Source: Raillietiella orientalis (Eukaryota). From it: a stretch of DNA of 64,000 nucleotides. Location: the NCBI GenBank assembly GCA_036172245.1, contig JAYWIR010000009.1, positions 2,852,001 to 2,916,000 on the forward strand, in the 5' to 3' direction. The notes beneath the pieces are model-generated. The model had not been told where the DNA came from. It saw only the letters and a program-made list of their open reading frames with translations, and searched no databases. The position numbers and the translations under genes are program-made. Below, piece by piece: positions 27,701 to 39,838 of this stretch (the first letter of the stretch is position 1; the number at the start of each line of letters is the position of its first letter).

Positions 27701-28759
27701 TTTTTTCTTTTTTCTTTTTTGGCTCGCTTGTCGATCAGGTTGGGACTTCCTACTTGCGCGGGCAAGACACGCGTGGTTTTGCCCCTTTTCGAACACTCCA
27801 TCACGGTTGCTGTGGCCTTTTATGCATAAAAGTGTTTCTAGATGTGAATGCAAAGTATGTGTAATAGTGGTGAGCCCTGATTTTTTTTTTTTTCCATTTC
27901 TATTCATAAGCTGCCTATAACTGGCTTGAAATACTAATTAGCGAGATTTAGGTCCAAAACACTCATAAACTTTCCGGGGAGGAAGAGGGGGGAGGGGTGT
28001 GGAATGCATCTCATTAAATGTATTTATTTCTCCGATTCCATTCTCCTCATTTGTGTTCGCTTCCTCATTTAGTCTCGGCGACTGCTGGGAACGGCGGCTG
28101 CTCGCAGGTATCCTGGATTCTTCTTGACTCGGGTATCGAAAGCCGGAAACGAAATTCCTGGATTCCATTTTCGTGCCATAAACTCCCAAGAAACGCTTTC
28201 TTCATGGTGATTTAAATTGCTCAACGGTTTGTGACAGGATCTCGCGAATCGCAGCTATCCGGGGATCCCTATCCGATCTCTAAACCTGCCTCATCCGGGC
28301 TCTCAAGTATTGTCATGGACCAATTGGTAACGTCTTTGAGATGATCTGGAATAAGGAAAGAAATTCGTCAATTTTTTCGTTCGTACAAAACTGCACGTGG
28401 TCAGAAGTGGTTCCTCGGCATCGCCGTGCTCGCCGTCATCAATATCTTCGTTACTGATCATTGAGCACTGACGTGCTCGAGCTTTTCATAACTGCGAGTG
28501 CGTTGGTACCTCAATTCGTTTCGTGGTTTTTAAAATTGGATCTTGAAAGCAAGCTTTGTTTTCCCATTCTCTTCTTTCCTGAATGAAAAAAGAGCGGTAT
28601 TCTCGGTATAAAGAGTGTCCACTGATTGGGGTGTATTTTATTCTTGCAAACTGTTGAGAATATTGGTTCCGAAAAACAGCCAGAGCCTTTAATCCGCAAG
28701 GATCAAATTAGATTATAGAATACCAATAAGAATTCATTAGTCGCATAGAAAACGGCATG

Positions 28760-29720
28760 CAATTCGTTGCAGAACAGATCAGAGGCCCAAATGAGTCGAT
28801 TCAAAAGAAAAAGATAATAAATTTCGAAGATTACCAGCCAGCATCGGAGGCAAGGGACGAAATCCTTAAGGATGTGGAACGCATTCTTCGCTGGGAAACG
28901 CAGGAATTCAGCGAACTGCACGGAGGAAGTTATTCCATAAATTTATAGTGATCCGAGAAATTGAATGCAAGCACGGGCATTCCACAGCAGTTTGCGAATT
29001 CTGAATAACTACATAATGAGTAATTTTTTGTTATTAGCAGACTGCATGAAGGGAGAGGGGGGATTCCTCTGGAAGTGGAACCCGTGCGATGCCGCTGTCC
29101 TGGGTACCAGTGAATTGATAAAAGACACCAGCAAGAATTTCCAAGGGCTGTCAGGGTGGGAGAGATAGGCTTTGATCGTTGTTTATGGATCAAACGCCAG
29201 ATCTTTCTCACGTAGACTGCAAGCCTCATGAGCGGCGTGATTCCTCATAGGGAAAGGGAGTGAAAACCCGCAAACTGGTCACCGCTGCAAAAGGTCAGAG
29301 ACGTCGAATGCGGGAGAGGTGCCACTCAAGCCGAATGCAAGGGTAAGGGAAGGGCTGCTGCAGGTGGAAAAGAGGCTGCAAACGTGTCTTTGAAATCGCA
29401 ACTCGAACTTCCACGGAGACGAAACTGTGAGCTGCTATGGATTTTCCGAAACTTGGGTCGTGTCTTGAGCACTTTCCCACCTTAGTGGCAGAAATTCGTG
29501 GATGCTCTGTGGCAGTGGCTCATCAGCCAACACGGCTCCTTCCGGAGCCTGTCAGTAGCTACCCTAGGAGGCATTCTAAGAGGGAGAGCAGGAGGAGGGG
29601 GGAGGCGTTCCAGTAATCCAGCAAGAGTCCTGCAGTGATGGAAAAGTTACCAGACAGCATGTGCTTTACCGAGGAACGCGTCTGCCAGCGAGGCAGCGCA
29701 TGGAAGCCTTAGCGAAATGC
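28760..29720 (+). mobile_element. Decayed RTE-clade LINE remnant with internal deletions
   Basis: DEILKDVERILRWETQEFSEL (28856-28918, cf. ILT..EEIL.RW.E.F.ELLN); KNFQGLS (29133-29153, cf. NYRGIS); STETKL then YGFSETWVV (YGFSETW at 29436-29456, cf. RTE TKL..LLYGSETW); RRRGR near 29590. Purine-rich + strand. Confidence 0.6.
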
Positions 29721-32198
29721 ACACATATTTAGCACGTTTTTGGCAATCAGAAGAGCTGGTGCAAAAAACCTGCTCGACTTCAGGGACAGGAAGTCCCTTG
29801 GTCAGGTGTTGCGGTCTGCATGCTGCACTTCCTACCAACTTCCAGGATTTATTACGGTTGTCCCATATTTTGCTTGCCGGCATCGAAAGGGGACTTCGGA
29901 CTGTATAATGTTAAGTGTACGTATCGCGCACTCTTTGTGGATCGGATTAGAACACTCTGTTGGAATATTTCCAGCAATTCATGAATCATCGTGCTTCCTG
30001 TTTCGTGAAAAAAACCCTTCAAACACGAAGTGCACTTGTGTTTTCTTTCCTGTCGAGGAAAGAAAGAAAGAAAGAAAAAAAAGAAGTCTTTTGCTTATCG
30101 TCTGACGACTGCCGCGGGTACTGACCACAGTGGTGGGGACACATGCAGATAGCCGCAGTTTCGAACCGATTGATTAGTGATGTGTTTCATGAGATTTGAT
30201 GGATTCATTTCTAAACTCCGCGTGCTTCGAGTTCATGACGTGTTTGCTTTTCCCATAGAAAAAAAAAGAGAGAGAGAGAGAGAGGGAGGGAGAAAGGAGC
30301 AACCATGTGATAACTCTTGCCTTATTAATTATCCAGCTTCAGTGGCATTCGTGTGTACGAGCGTCTGCGGGGAAAGTCATCAAATGAATTTGAATTGGGA
30401 TTTGCGGTACAGCCACTTGGCATCCCTGGGTAAACTGGGAAATTTCGCAAATACCTTGCAGTTTGAAACAAGCATTTTTCATCGATCGAGTTGACTGATC
30501 ATCGCATGAAAATTTTATTTGATTTCATAAATAATTCCTTCTCGTTCTGGAATCCAATTTTCATTTCAATTTCTCCGCATCCGTCCGCCAGGCTCGGTAC
30601 TGAGCTGCTTGCCAAAGTGATCCATACTATTAGAATGGAAAATGGTTCTAATTTTGTACATCCGTCTGTTTGGGGAATCGATTCGGATAGTTTGATCCCA
30701 TCTCTGTGGACCAGCGCTGAAGGATGTAGCATGGACCTTGATGTCCATATTGTTTTTTTTTTTTTTCTTTCGAGCGGTTCCGTGCGCATCTTTCCGCAAT
30801 TCTTCCTTTATCTTCTTCCTCCGTGCTGCATCCTCGGCGAATGGCTTCTACAGGGAATCGGAGAGATTGGTTTCGTGTGGACAAACACCGTTTTGTACTG
30901 ATGCCTTTCACGCACTTGTTCATTAGCTCCCGGACCTCGGACTGACGCATTTGTCTTAAGCACATCTCCAATCACTGCGATGGAGAAACCATGATGAAAA
31001 GGATGCTGCGTAATTAGAAAGGCTGAATGCGCAGCCTCTCGTCACAGATGCATCGTCGTATTTTTCACATCCACCCAAAAGTTTTTGTTTGTGAGCGTTC
31101 GCGTCCGTGTTTATGGCATCTCGCCCTATTCTGGTTGCCTGGGGAACGTCGAAATTCGAAACGCTCTGGAAACAACTCGGGAAGTACTGCCCGAGTATGC
31201 ATGCATGAAATCAGCAAATTTTTGCTATCCACTGGTTGCATCTGACTTTGCGCAGACATCTGGACGTATTTCGGATAAACGGAACCGACAGAACAATTTC
31301 GTTTTATACAGCACGGCGTGTCTGTGGAGTGTTACATGAGAACGGAAGATCTCCGTTTCCTTTTTTTGTTTTAATGGTTTTTTTTTTTCTTTTTTTAAAC
31401 ATAAAGGAAAATCATAAAGCGAAGGAAAATCATAAAAGTCATTATTATTAATACAACCTACCGAGATTACAACGTGGTGGCGTTGAACACTGATTTTCGG
31501 CCAGGAACTTTGTACCGTCTCCATGGCGCGGAAGCGGAGCAGTTGAGGGAGTTACCTTTACGACCGATCTTCACCAATTTCTTCTTCTTCTTCCCGGATC
31601 CTTCCGTGATTGGAGGAGTTGCTGGGTTTCACGTGTGTAATCCGTGTGCAGCAGAGGACTGCAACCTCGCATTCGGAGGATGATGACGCTCTTCTAATCA
31701 TGATTTGGTGCCGTAATTCGTGCGATTGCTGCTTAAAGAGTCCGCAGAGCCATTCAGCTGCTGGTTGCTGCAAATTCTGGCCCCTTGGTATTTTCAGAGA
31801 CCCCAAGAAATTTATGCGCGTTCGTAAAAGTGCTTTATTGTGCGCGTGTTCCCATGGAGTAACTCACATTCTTAGATTTTCTGCTTTCCGTTTTTTTAGG
31901 GATCTGCGATGTGTGCGAAGAGCCTTCTCCGTAATTATGAGTTATGTGGCTTCCATCCTTGCGTAAATGTTAAAATATTGTCCTCTCCTAAATTGCCTTT
32001 GAACGAACCGCGATAAAATAGAAAGAAAGACAACGAGAGAAGAGATTGGAAGTACCCAATAAAAAATCACCAACAGTTCGTTGAGTTTCTAAAAAAGAGA
32101 TTCCACCTTCTTCGCTTCCATTCTGCCCTGAGCGCGGCGTTGTTTTCCTGGACGTCGTAACTGTCGCATTCCCTTGATTCATTTTCATCCATCCTCAG

Positions 32199-32339
32199 GA
32201 ACCTGTCAGAACCAGCAGTACTTCATCGAGAAACCAGATTCCATATTGGAAGCCGTTGAACATTCCTCCGCAGTGCTGAAATGCAAAGTCGGCAATCAAG
32301 CTGGTCAGGTCCAGTGGACCAAGGACGGCTTTGCGTTAG
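32199..32339 (+). CDS. sns: nephrin/sns exon: end of leader and N-half of Ig1 (GTCQNQQYFIEKPDSILEAVEHSSAVLKCKVGNQAGQVQWTKDGFAL)
   Basis: Acceptor ttcatccatcctcag, donor G|gtgagt; 141 nt, phase 1-1; carries the VQWTKDGFALG family motif. Confidence 0.93.
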
Positions 32340-32840
32340 GTGAGTACAGTGAGCTGCCGAACCCCAGCCTTCCCCATCTAACGGGTTCCTCCACAGCGAG
32401 CTCACCCCTCTGTAATACCCTTTTATTCTGTACCCTTGTAAAAGAAGGTATTCCGTTTCACCGAGGCTTCGGTACATGTACTCACTCCATTTTCTGTGCA
32501 CGCTGAATTCTTCGACGGGGATGGATACGTGCATGAGGGTGTTTACTAGGCGTCCATTAAGCTGCAGGAAGATGGAATTCTGATGGAAATGAAGATGTGA
32601 AGTCTCTTCTCATTTCGCCGTGTTTCAAATGAAAATGGGAGTCGATGTGTGCCGCGTTTGCGAAGCTGCGCTCAAATGATTATTTACAACCCGACAGGGT
32701 TACGATGAGTGTCATCACTTCTGACCAATGAAGACCTGATCAAAGACGATGGCTTCATAGGGATGTTGCAATCCACACCGAATTCCACTTGTATTCGGGC
32801 GCGGTGCTCACTGCAGTGACAAATGCAATTGGATGTTTCT

Positions 32841-32881
<41 letters not shown>

Positions 32882-34045
32882 CTCTCCCCAAGACTGGATG
32901 GGTCTGCGTAAAAGTGTAAGACCAAACGGGAGAGTTACGTGAAAATGCAAACTCGAGTAACTGTCACAAAGTTAATAAGCAGAAAATGAAAAGTCGAGGA
33001 TTTTTGGGGTTTGGTTCGTTCCGTACCGAAGTCTTTCGCTCTGGCGTGCGGTTCACGGAATGCTTGAAATTTTGGCGTTCAGCTGAACTCCCATCCCATC
33101 CTTCTGGAACTGTGGACTTTGCCAAAAGGCATGATGGCCACCGGTCGACTTCATTTTGGTTGTCCCTGTGTGTTGTTTGCTGCCGGTTTCCGTGATCCTC
33201 ACGTGGGCGGGTGAGCGCTGACAGTCTTTCAGAGTTCCTCGTGGAACCATCTGCAGGTCTCATTGATCCGTTGATGTTGGCTCCATCAGGAACAGTGCGG
33301 ATGACACATCATTCCCGGTGTTTCCTTGAACTTCATTTTTCGAACACGTTTACGTGAAAGTCAGTTCTGTGCAAACTCTTCTAATATTCTCTGATGTGAA
33401 TGTTGAGCGCGTTATGGGAAAGCTATGAATTTGATTTTGAGACGCTGCGCTGCAGCATGACAGATGTGAAAACTCTTTGCATCTCGTCGATGTGAAGACG
33501 GACTTGGGACACGAATTACGCTTAGAAATTAATAGTTGTAATGAACTTTTTCGGATTCGATCATTTCGATGCCAATTAAGCTGTTGTTGTTTTTTATTTC
33601 ACAGTTATAGCTTCTGATCTACACTTTTATCAAAGTGGTTTTCTGAAAGATCAAGTCACAGATACAACGATAAAAACGTTTTAAATGCTGTTCTTTTCGC
33701 TTAAAGCATTCGGTTGAAGCGAAAGGTCCTTTCATACGTAGCTGCGTACGAAGTTACCAGTAATCAGTATGAACCTGACCCGTGTGCTTCATCGGCCATT
33801 GACCACGTAACGTTCACCAGAGTTCATGATATAACCAGTTTGGACTTGGGCTGCATGCTCTTCCTTGGGCAAAATTACAGATATTTTTCGCATCCATGAG
33901 TGCTCCACGAAGACTTCGTGCAGCCGATATTCGTCCGACTTGGACTGTCCCTCGGTGAATCGTCAGCGTTCCGGTGAACCTCAAGCTGCACATCACTTTT
34001 TGTCCGATCCACGTCTGTCAAGTTGATTTATTATGGTGCCTCTCT

Positions 34046-34109
<64 letters not shown>

Positions 34110-37100
34110 CGTTTGCTCACACATTAGTGAGTCTCGGCATCCAGAGATGAGGTGAGGGCACCAACGAACTTCCTCTTCGCTTGTTCGGATCGAAAAGCCA
34201 GCAAACTCTTCATTGATGAGCCGTGTCCCTGATCTTCCACGCGTGGCTTTCCCGGTGGATGTGGTGGCATTTCGACATCGTGAAATAATTTGAGCCATGT
34301 CGAGAATTCCATGGAATTTCTCCTGGAGATCCTCATGACCAATACTCCGTTGTTTTTCTCCTTTCTCTTGGAGAAAAATCATCGCATATTAATTCGACTT
34401 ATAATTTCTCACTGTCTGGAGTCTTAGCGACCCATTCCACAACACTTGCTCAAACTCGTGCTCTCTTTTTTTCGCAGTGGATCCATGCATGCCTTTAAGA
34501 GAAGGTACTTTTTTTTTTTTTTTTTACTGCTATCTCATTCCCATATTGTATCATATTACATGTGTCATTGTCACTATGACGAATTATGGTAATAGAAGTT
34601 GCCGTAATTGCATTAAACTCAGCGCATCTGAATTGGGAAACGTATATTCGGTCTGTCATCTTTTTCCCAACTCATTTGTTTGGCGTTCTTGCAGATTTTC
34701 TCGACTGCACCGTCCATAACTGTTCTCCCGATAACAAACATTGCATAGTTGGCATTCTTCATTAGAGTTCAGTGAAGATATGGAAATATCAGCGATTAAA
34801 AGTGACTATTAAAAGTGATTAATTGCTCTTTGAAGATTTCGGATCTCTTTTGAGGATCGCATTTTGCATATTCCGAGCTGTGATGTCGACGTAATTTCGT
34901 TAGAAGAGTGTTCTTGTGAACAGTTGTAATGTTTGTGTAATGCGAGTTGCTTGCAAAACATATTTGTCATATGTTTCCTCGGAAGGTTTCCGTTCCGCGT
35001 GCGCGTGTAACCCAATCCGAATCAACTCCTCCCCCCTCCCCCATCCAATTTCTTCTTGGTTTTGAATTTTCCCGTTGCCGCAACAACGCCATTGGCACTG
35101 CTGCTGCGAAGATGTCTCGTGAGGAAGAACGATGAGTGACACCCTTAAGAAGGACACTGTGTCGCGCTTTCCGTGTGTCAGCCAACGTGTTCACTTCGGG
35201 TTTCCATCGCTCACCCTGATGAAGTGAACTTCATGCAAGAGCCGTGCTCTAAAAGGCGCTCTGCGGCTTGTTTTCCGTCTTCGTCGAAAGAGACGGAGGA
35301 GGGAAGGGTTGCAAAGGTGGGAGGAAGGCGGAATATTCCTGTCAAGCACTCCAGTTGATTAATGCCGCTTCATGAAACTTCATCCCTCCTCCCCCCCCCC
35401 ACCCCCACCCATCCCGGATCATCAAGGAATTGCTCGCGCCAGGATCGGAAGCGAAACCCTCCTGACTGCTCGGCGGTGGTGTCTCGCCTCCGGTTCGTTC
35501 CAGGCTCTTAGGGATGGTGAGAAGGACGGAAGAAAGCAAAGGAACAGCTGAACAACGACCATCCGGACGGTGAACAACCACCACCTGACCACCTCAGGAG
35601 TGCGATTAGGAGCGAAGAGGAAACTTCACTTTGTCGCCCCGTGGGTCGAATCGCGTCTTCGTGCGAGTGCTTTTGCTTTCGGAAATGCCGGGGGTCCAGC
35701 AGCGGGAGCATACGGATGCAGCAGGCTAACGAGTCCTAATACCCATGCTGATGCGGGTTTTCCTCGATAGCGGGACGCCCGCGAGCGGCAGCGTGCTCGG
35801 TAAGCCGTCTGGAGGGTGTGGCGTTTTCTCGAAGGTTGCCTTGTGGAAACTTCTCTCTCCCCGTGGGTGAATTTTTCTGTGGCACCTCGCGGATGGTGCA
35901 TGTCGGACAATCATCCTAAAGATCGATTGATGGATACAGATTGGCAGGCGGCGACGATCAAGCAGGCCGGATTAACACAGAGTCGGATGACGACCCGTTG
36001 AAAGACTCGATGGTATGTGTTCCGCCCCAGGTGGATTGGAACACTTCAGCCGTACCTCTCAAGATGGCCACGCTCAAATTTCGTGCTATGTTTTCTGTTG
36101 TTGATCCGTTTCGGCCGACGACGGCTAACTGCTGTCCCGCGTTGGGCCGTTGTCAGTTTCTGCTGCCACTTGGGGGGGGGGGGGTAGGGTAGCTGCAGGC
36201 CCCCAAAGCTTGCCGCGTCCGAGACGACGAATCGCTTCTCCAGCAAAGTGCTTCAGTAACAACGGAAGGCATGGATGCTATGCCTGGCCTCCTAGGAAAA
36301 TTTGCGCGTGAAAAAACTGCACAGGTACAGAAGAGCAAGCGTCTCTAACGTTAAATGATCGAGGTGTCACTGACATGGCACGAACAAGAAAAGCGCACGA
36401 TAAATTGTTTCGTGGCGTGGTCTTGGAAGGAACGGTTTGTGGGGAGCTCACGATCCGCAGATCCAGCTTGAAAGGGCTGCTTCTTGGCAAGCACGAAACT
36501 CTTTGAAACAGATGTGAAAGAGGCGTAACTCCATTTGTGCTGAGGCAACAATTTCATTTCGGGTTTTCTTCAAGCTCCATCCGTCGTTCGGAAATAGATG
36601 CTGCTCCTTGGATGTTCGTGATTGCATGAGTAATGGTTTCTGAAAGTTAGGAATCCTGTGATAACGGGGAGGTCTTTTAGTCGTAAAACTTTGCTCCGCC
36701 AAAGAGAAGGGTGGGTAGCCTGTTTCTCCCGTTTCCGTCTCGGCGTTTGGTGCATTGCTTGACCTCTAACGACTACGGACACACTTCCAGCAAAGGCCAC
36801 TGTCGCCCTGCAGCCGTGAACACTTAACGCAGGCGTTGGCTTGGCTACGGCGAATCTTCTTTTCTGTTTGTTTGCTTTGATTGGTTTCGGGAAACCGCAC
36901 TCCGCGAGTTTCCGAGTTCCTTTTAGACGTTTTTTTTCCCACCACCACGAGATGTGGTGAGGCTCATGAGTCGCGCCGATCGCTCTCCAGCCGTTCGTGA
37001 AAGTAGCCGTTCATCCACGGATCCTCGGCTCTTCCCGTGATGGTTTTGAGGAGAAGAATCTTTTTGCAACACAGAATAAAATTAGCATTCCCCGATGAAA

Positions 37101-39807
37101 ACGAGAAGCAGCGTAGATTCGACGAAGGCAAGCAGGCGAACTTTTTGCTTTCGATTTTATCAAATTCTCCCTGTCTTCCGGGAGTTACTTTCGCTGATCG
37201 CTTTCTCGGTCCGTGAAACAGAGTCCCGTGTCTTTCGGAAGTGGACCCTTCTTCACTGGTAGGCATCTGTGCGTGCATCCCATTCCGGAAATAAACGCCG
37301 CTTTGGTGCTGCAAAGGAATTTCGGATTTTTTTTTCCTCTTATTGCCGCCGGGAAGTTTGCGTTAAGGAAAAGCCATAAAAGCACGGGATTCCTCCGCCG
37401 CAGTCTTGGAGTTCTCCGCAGTCTTTTCCCATCATTACTCTTAATCTCGGTCGGATTCGTTTTGCATTCGAGACCTCGGACGAAAACCGAATTCCAACAT
37501 GCGAAGAATCGGAAAGGTGTACCCATGTACCTACGCCGCGGAGATAATTGATAAGAATTATTTTATACCATCGGGTATTCTGGAAATATGGGAAGTGGAA
37601 TTTTGTTGCTGAGTGGATTTGTCGTTTCTTGGCAACTCCCCCTCCTGCTCGGTTCCCTCTTTCAAGGGAATCGGTTTGGTTGTTTTCCATATTCTCTTCG
37701 GCAAGCTCAGGAAGCATTCCGGAAAGAACATGTGCACCACCGACTGACTTACCTCCCGCTTGTGCTCATTGCGCAGCCATGGTGATTCGTGCTCATCGAG
37801 GGTAGCTGTTGAGGCCACGAAGCATCCGGTCCTCCTCCTTCTCGCCGCTCTTTCGGTGGTCGAGCGTTTCAGAAACTTCCGAGAGATTCGCGACATTTCA
37901 GGTCAAGCGTGGCCTGTTGACTGCTTCTCGAAACGTGTAGCGCAATCTTCCACCTCTGCTTGGCGCTTGGACTTCCAATTCTCCCGTTGAAGCGCATCCA
38001 TCATCCATAAATCTGATTCTTAACTGCAGCGGTGTCATTCTAATTGCGATAAGCATAGAACGAGGTCTCGGGACAGTCGTAAACAGGGAAACCTGAAGTT
38101 GGGCGGTTGCGGAGGCAAGTCATCTCATCCCTCCTCTTGTAACCTCCCATCTGCGTGATTTCTTTTTTTTTTTTTTTTATAGCAACCTGAGTCGTAGGGA
38201 ATGGGGACTTCTCCGTGTGCAATCACAGACTATTGGTGGGGATGAATAAAACTTTTCAGCCAGATTCGAAGTGAACACTTTGCCAATCGTCGTGTCGTCT
38301 GTACTGAGATGGAGGCAGGATGCACACTCCACTCTTAGCAGGGATGCATCGCACTTCCTTTTTCAGTCTTTTGGTGGGCAGGAAGAGGCTAACCTATCCA
38401 ACGAAACCCAACATGCACGAAAGGACCAAATGATAAAGGAGCGATGCGTCTCTGCGTTCTTCTCTTTTGCCCCCTATCTAAACGACCAATCTGGTGGAGA
38501 GGCTCAAGTGCACTGGAAGCCGGAAATTTGGGGACGTGCTTCATCGCGAGTGGTGTGGCAGAGTCCACTCTGGAAGTGATTTCCTCCCTTCGCAATTTAG
38601 GATTCCCATATTCTCTTGATTACCCCAAACTTCTGGTTGGTTGTGGAAGTTGACCTTGTCCAAATAGAGGTTCGCCGTGCAAGTCGGTCGCTGCATTTTC
38701 GAAAACAAGTTCTCCGCCGTGGGAACGTTGAAGAGTCTTCTGTAGCTCGCTAGAGAGGATGGAGCCCAAAGAAATCGCCTGCATGCTGCTCATGGGGAGG
38801 CTGCCAGCTGTCAGAACAGTTGTGGCCGACATGCCCTCTCTTCCTCAAGTGCTGCGCCCAGAACGCCTTTCTCTTTCCCCGGAGTCGTTGGTCATCGCCT
38901 CTCTCAGCTGTAGTTTGGTAGCAATATTCTCATTAGGTCCTAAAGTGCAGTCACTCTGACATCGCACGCGGCAATCTCAGTCCAGAGTTTCAGACTAAGA
39001 ATCTCCTCGCAAAATCGAATCGAAATGCATCTTTTCTTTTTCTTTTTTTTTTTTCTGTATTCTTCAAAGGTAAGCTGTCTACAAATTTTGCGGAGGATCT
39101 TGCGATTTGCAGTTCTCCAGCTGTACTACGTGATACAGAGGAAGCTTCCGGAAGAAGTGAGCGGGATTAATTTCGAAATAACCCGCAGATCCGTTGGCAT
39201 GTGCGAAATTCCGACACGTAGTGAGAACTTTTCGAGCTCTTTTTCGGTTGTCGTGTGTTTTCCCGTTTCTCGATTATCTCTGCCTGTACAGTACTGTTCC
39301 TCTCAAGCGCATCTCGCAGCCCACATGCTGGTCCAAGCATCGTGCGTTGTCGGGAACCCATCCTATCTCAGTGACGCACAAGTGGTCCGTGGTGTTCCTC
39401 CGCCACCGGAAGTATCTGCACCCGCGCGAGCTCGGTAATGGTTTCTCTGCTTGCTTGATTCTTCCTTTGGCTCCTCTCTGGCTTCTTTGGGAAACCAGTG
39501 CAGCTCGGACCGCTTCTCCAAGAGCTCTCATTGTGCGTTCCTGGGTCACTTTTGCATCTCGAATTCGAAGAATGCAGGCTCTTGTGAGCAGAGTGATTGA
39601 TTTACGGTTCACGAGCTGTCATGATTCGTGGCTGATGTCAAGCACGCGGATCTCCATGAATATGAAAAAGTAACGTTTCTCAACCACCTTGAAAACTGTT
39701 CTTAAACTTTGCTTTTTACCGCCTGTCAGCACTATGCCTTGCTATCATTTGCTTTTATTCTTTTATTTACGTAGCAGCTAAATGTTTCTCTTGTGTTTAT
39801 GTGGTTT

Positions 39808-39838
<31 letters not shown>

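Noticed and set aside
34047..34109. Poly(T) as the tail of a minus-strand retroposon
   Set aside because: No poly(A) signal or target-site duplication is visible, and long homopolymers are common throughout the window.
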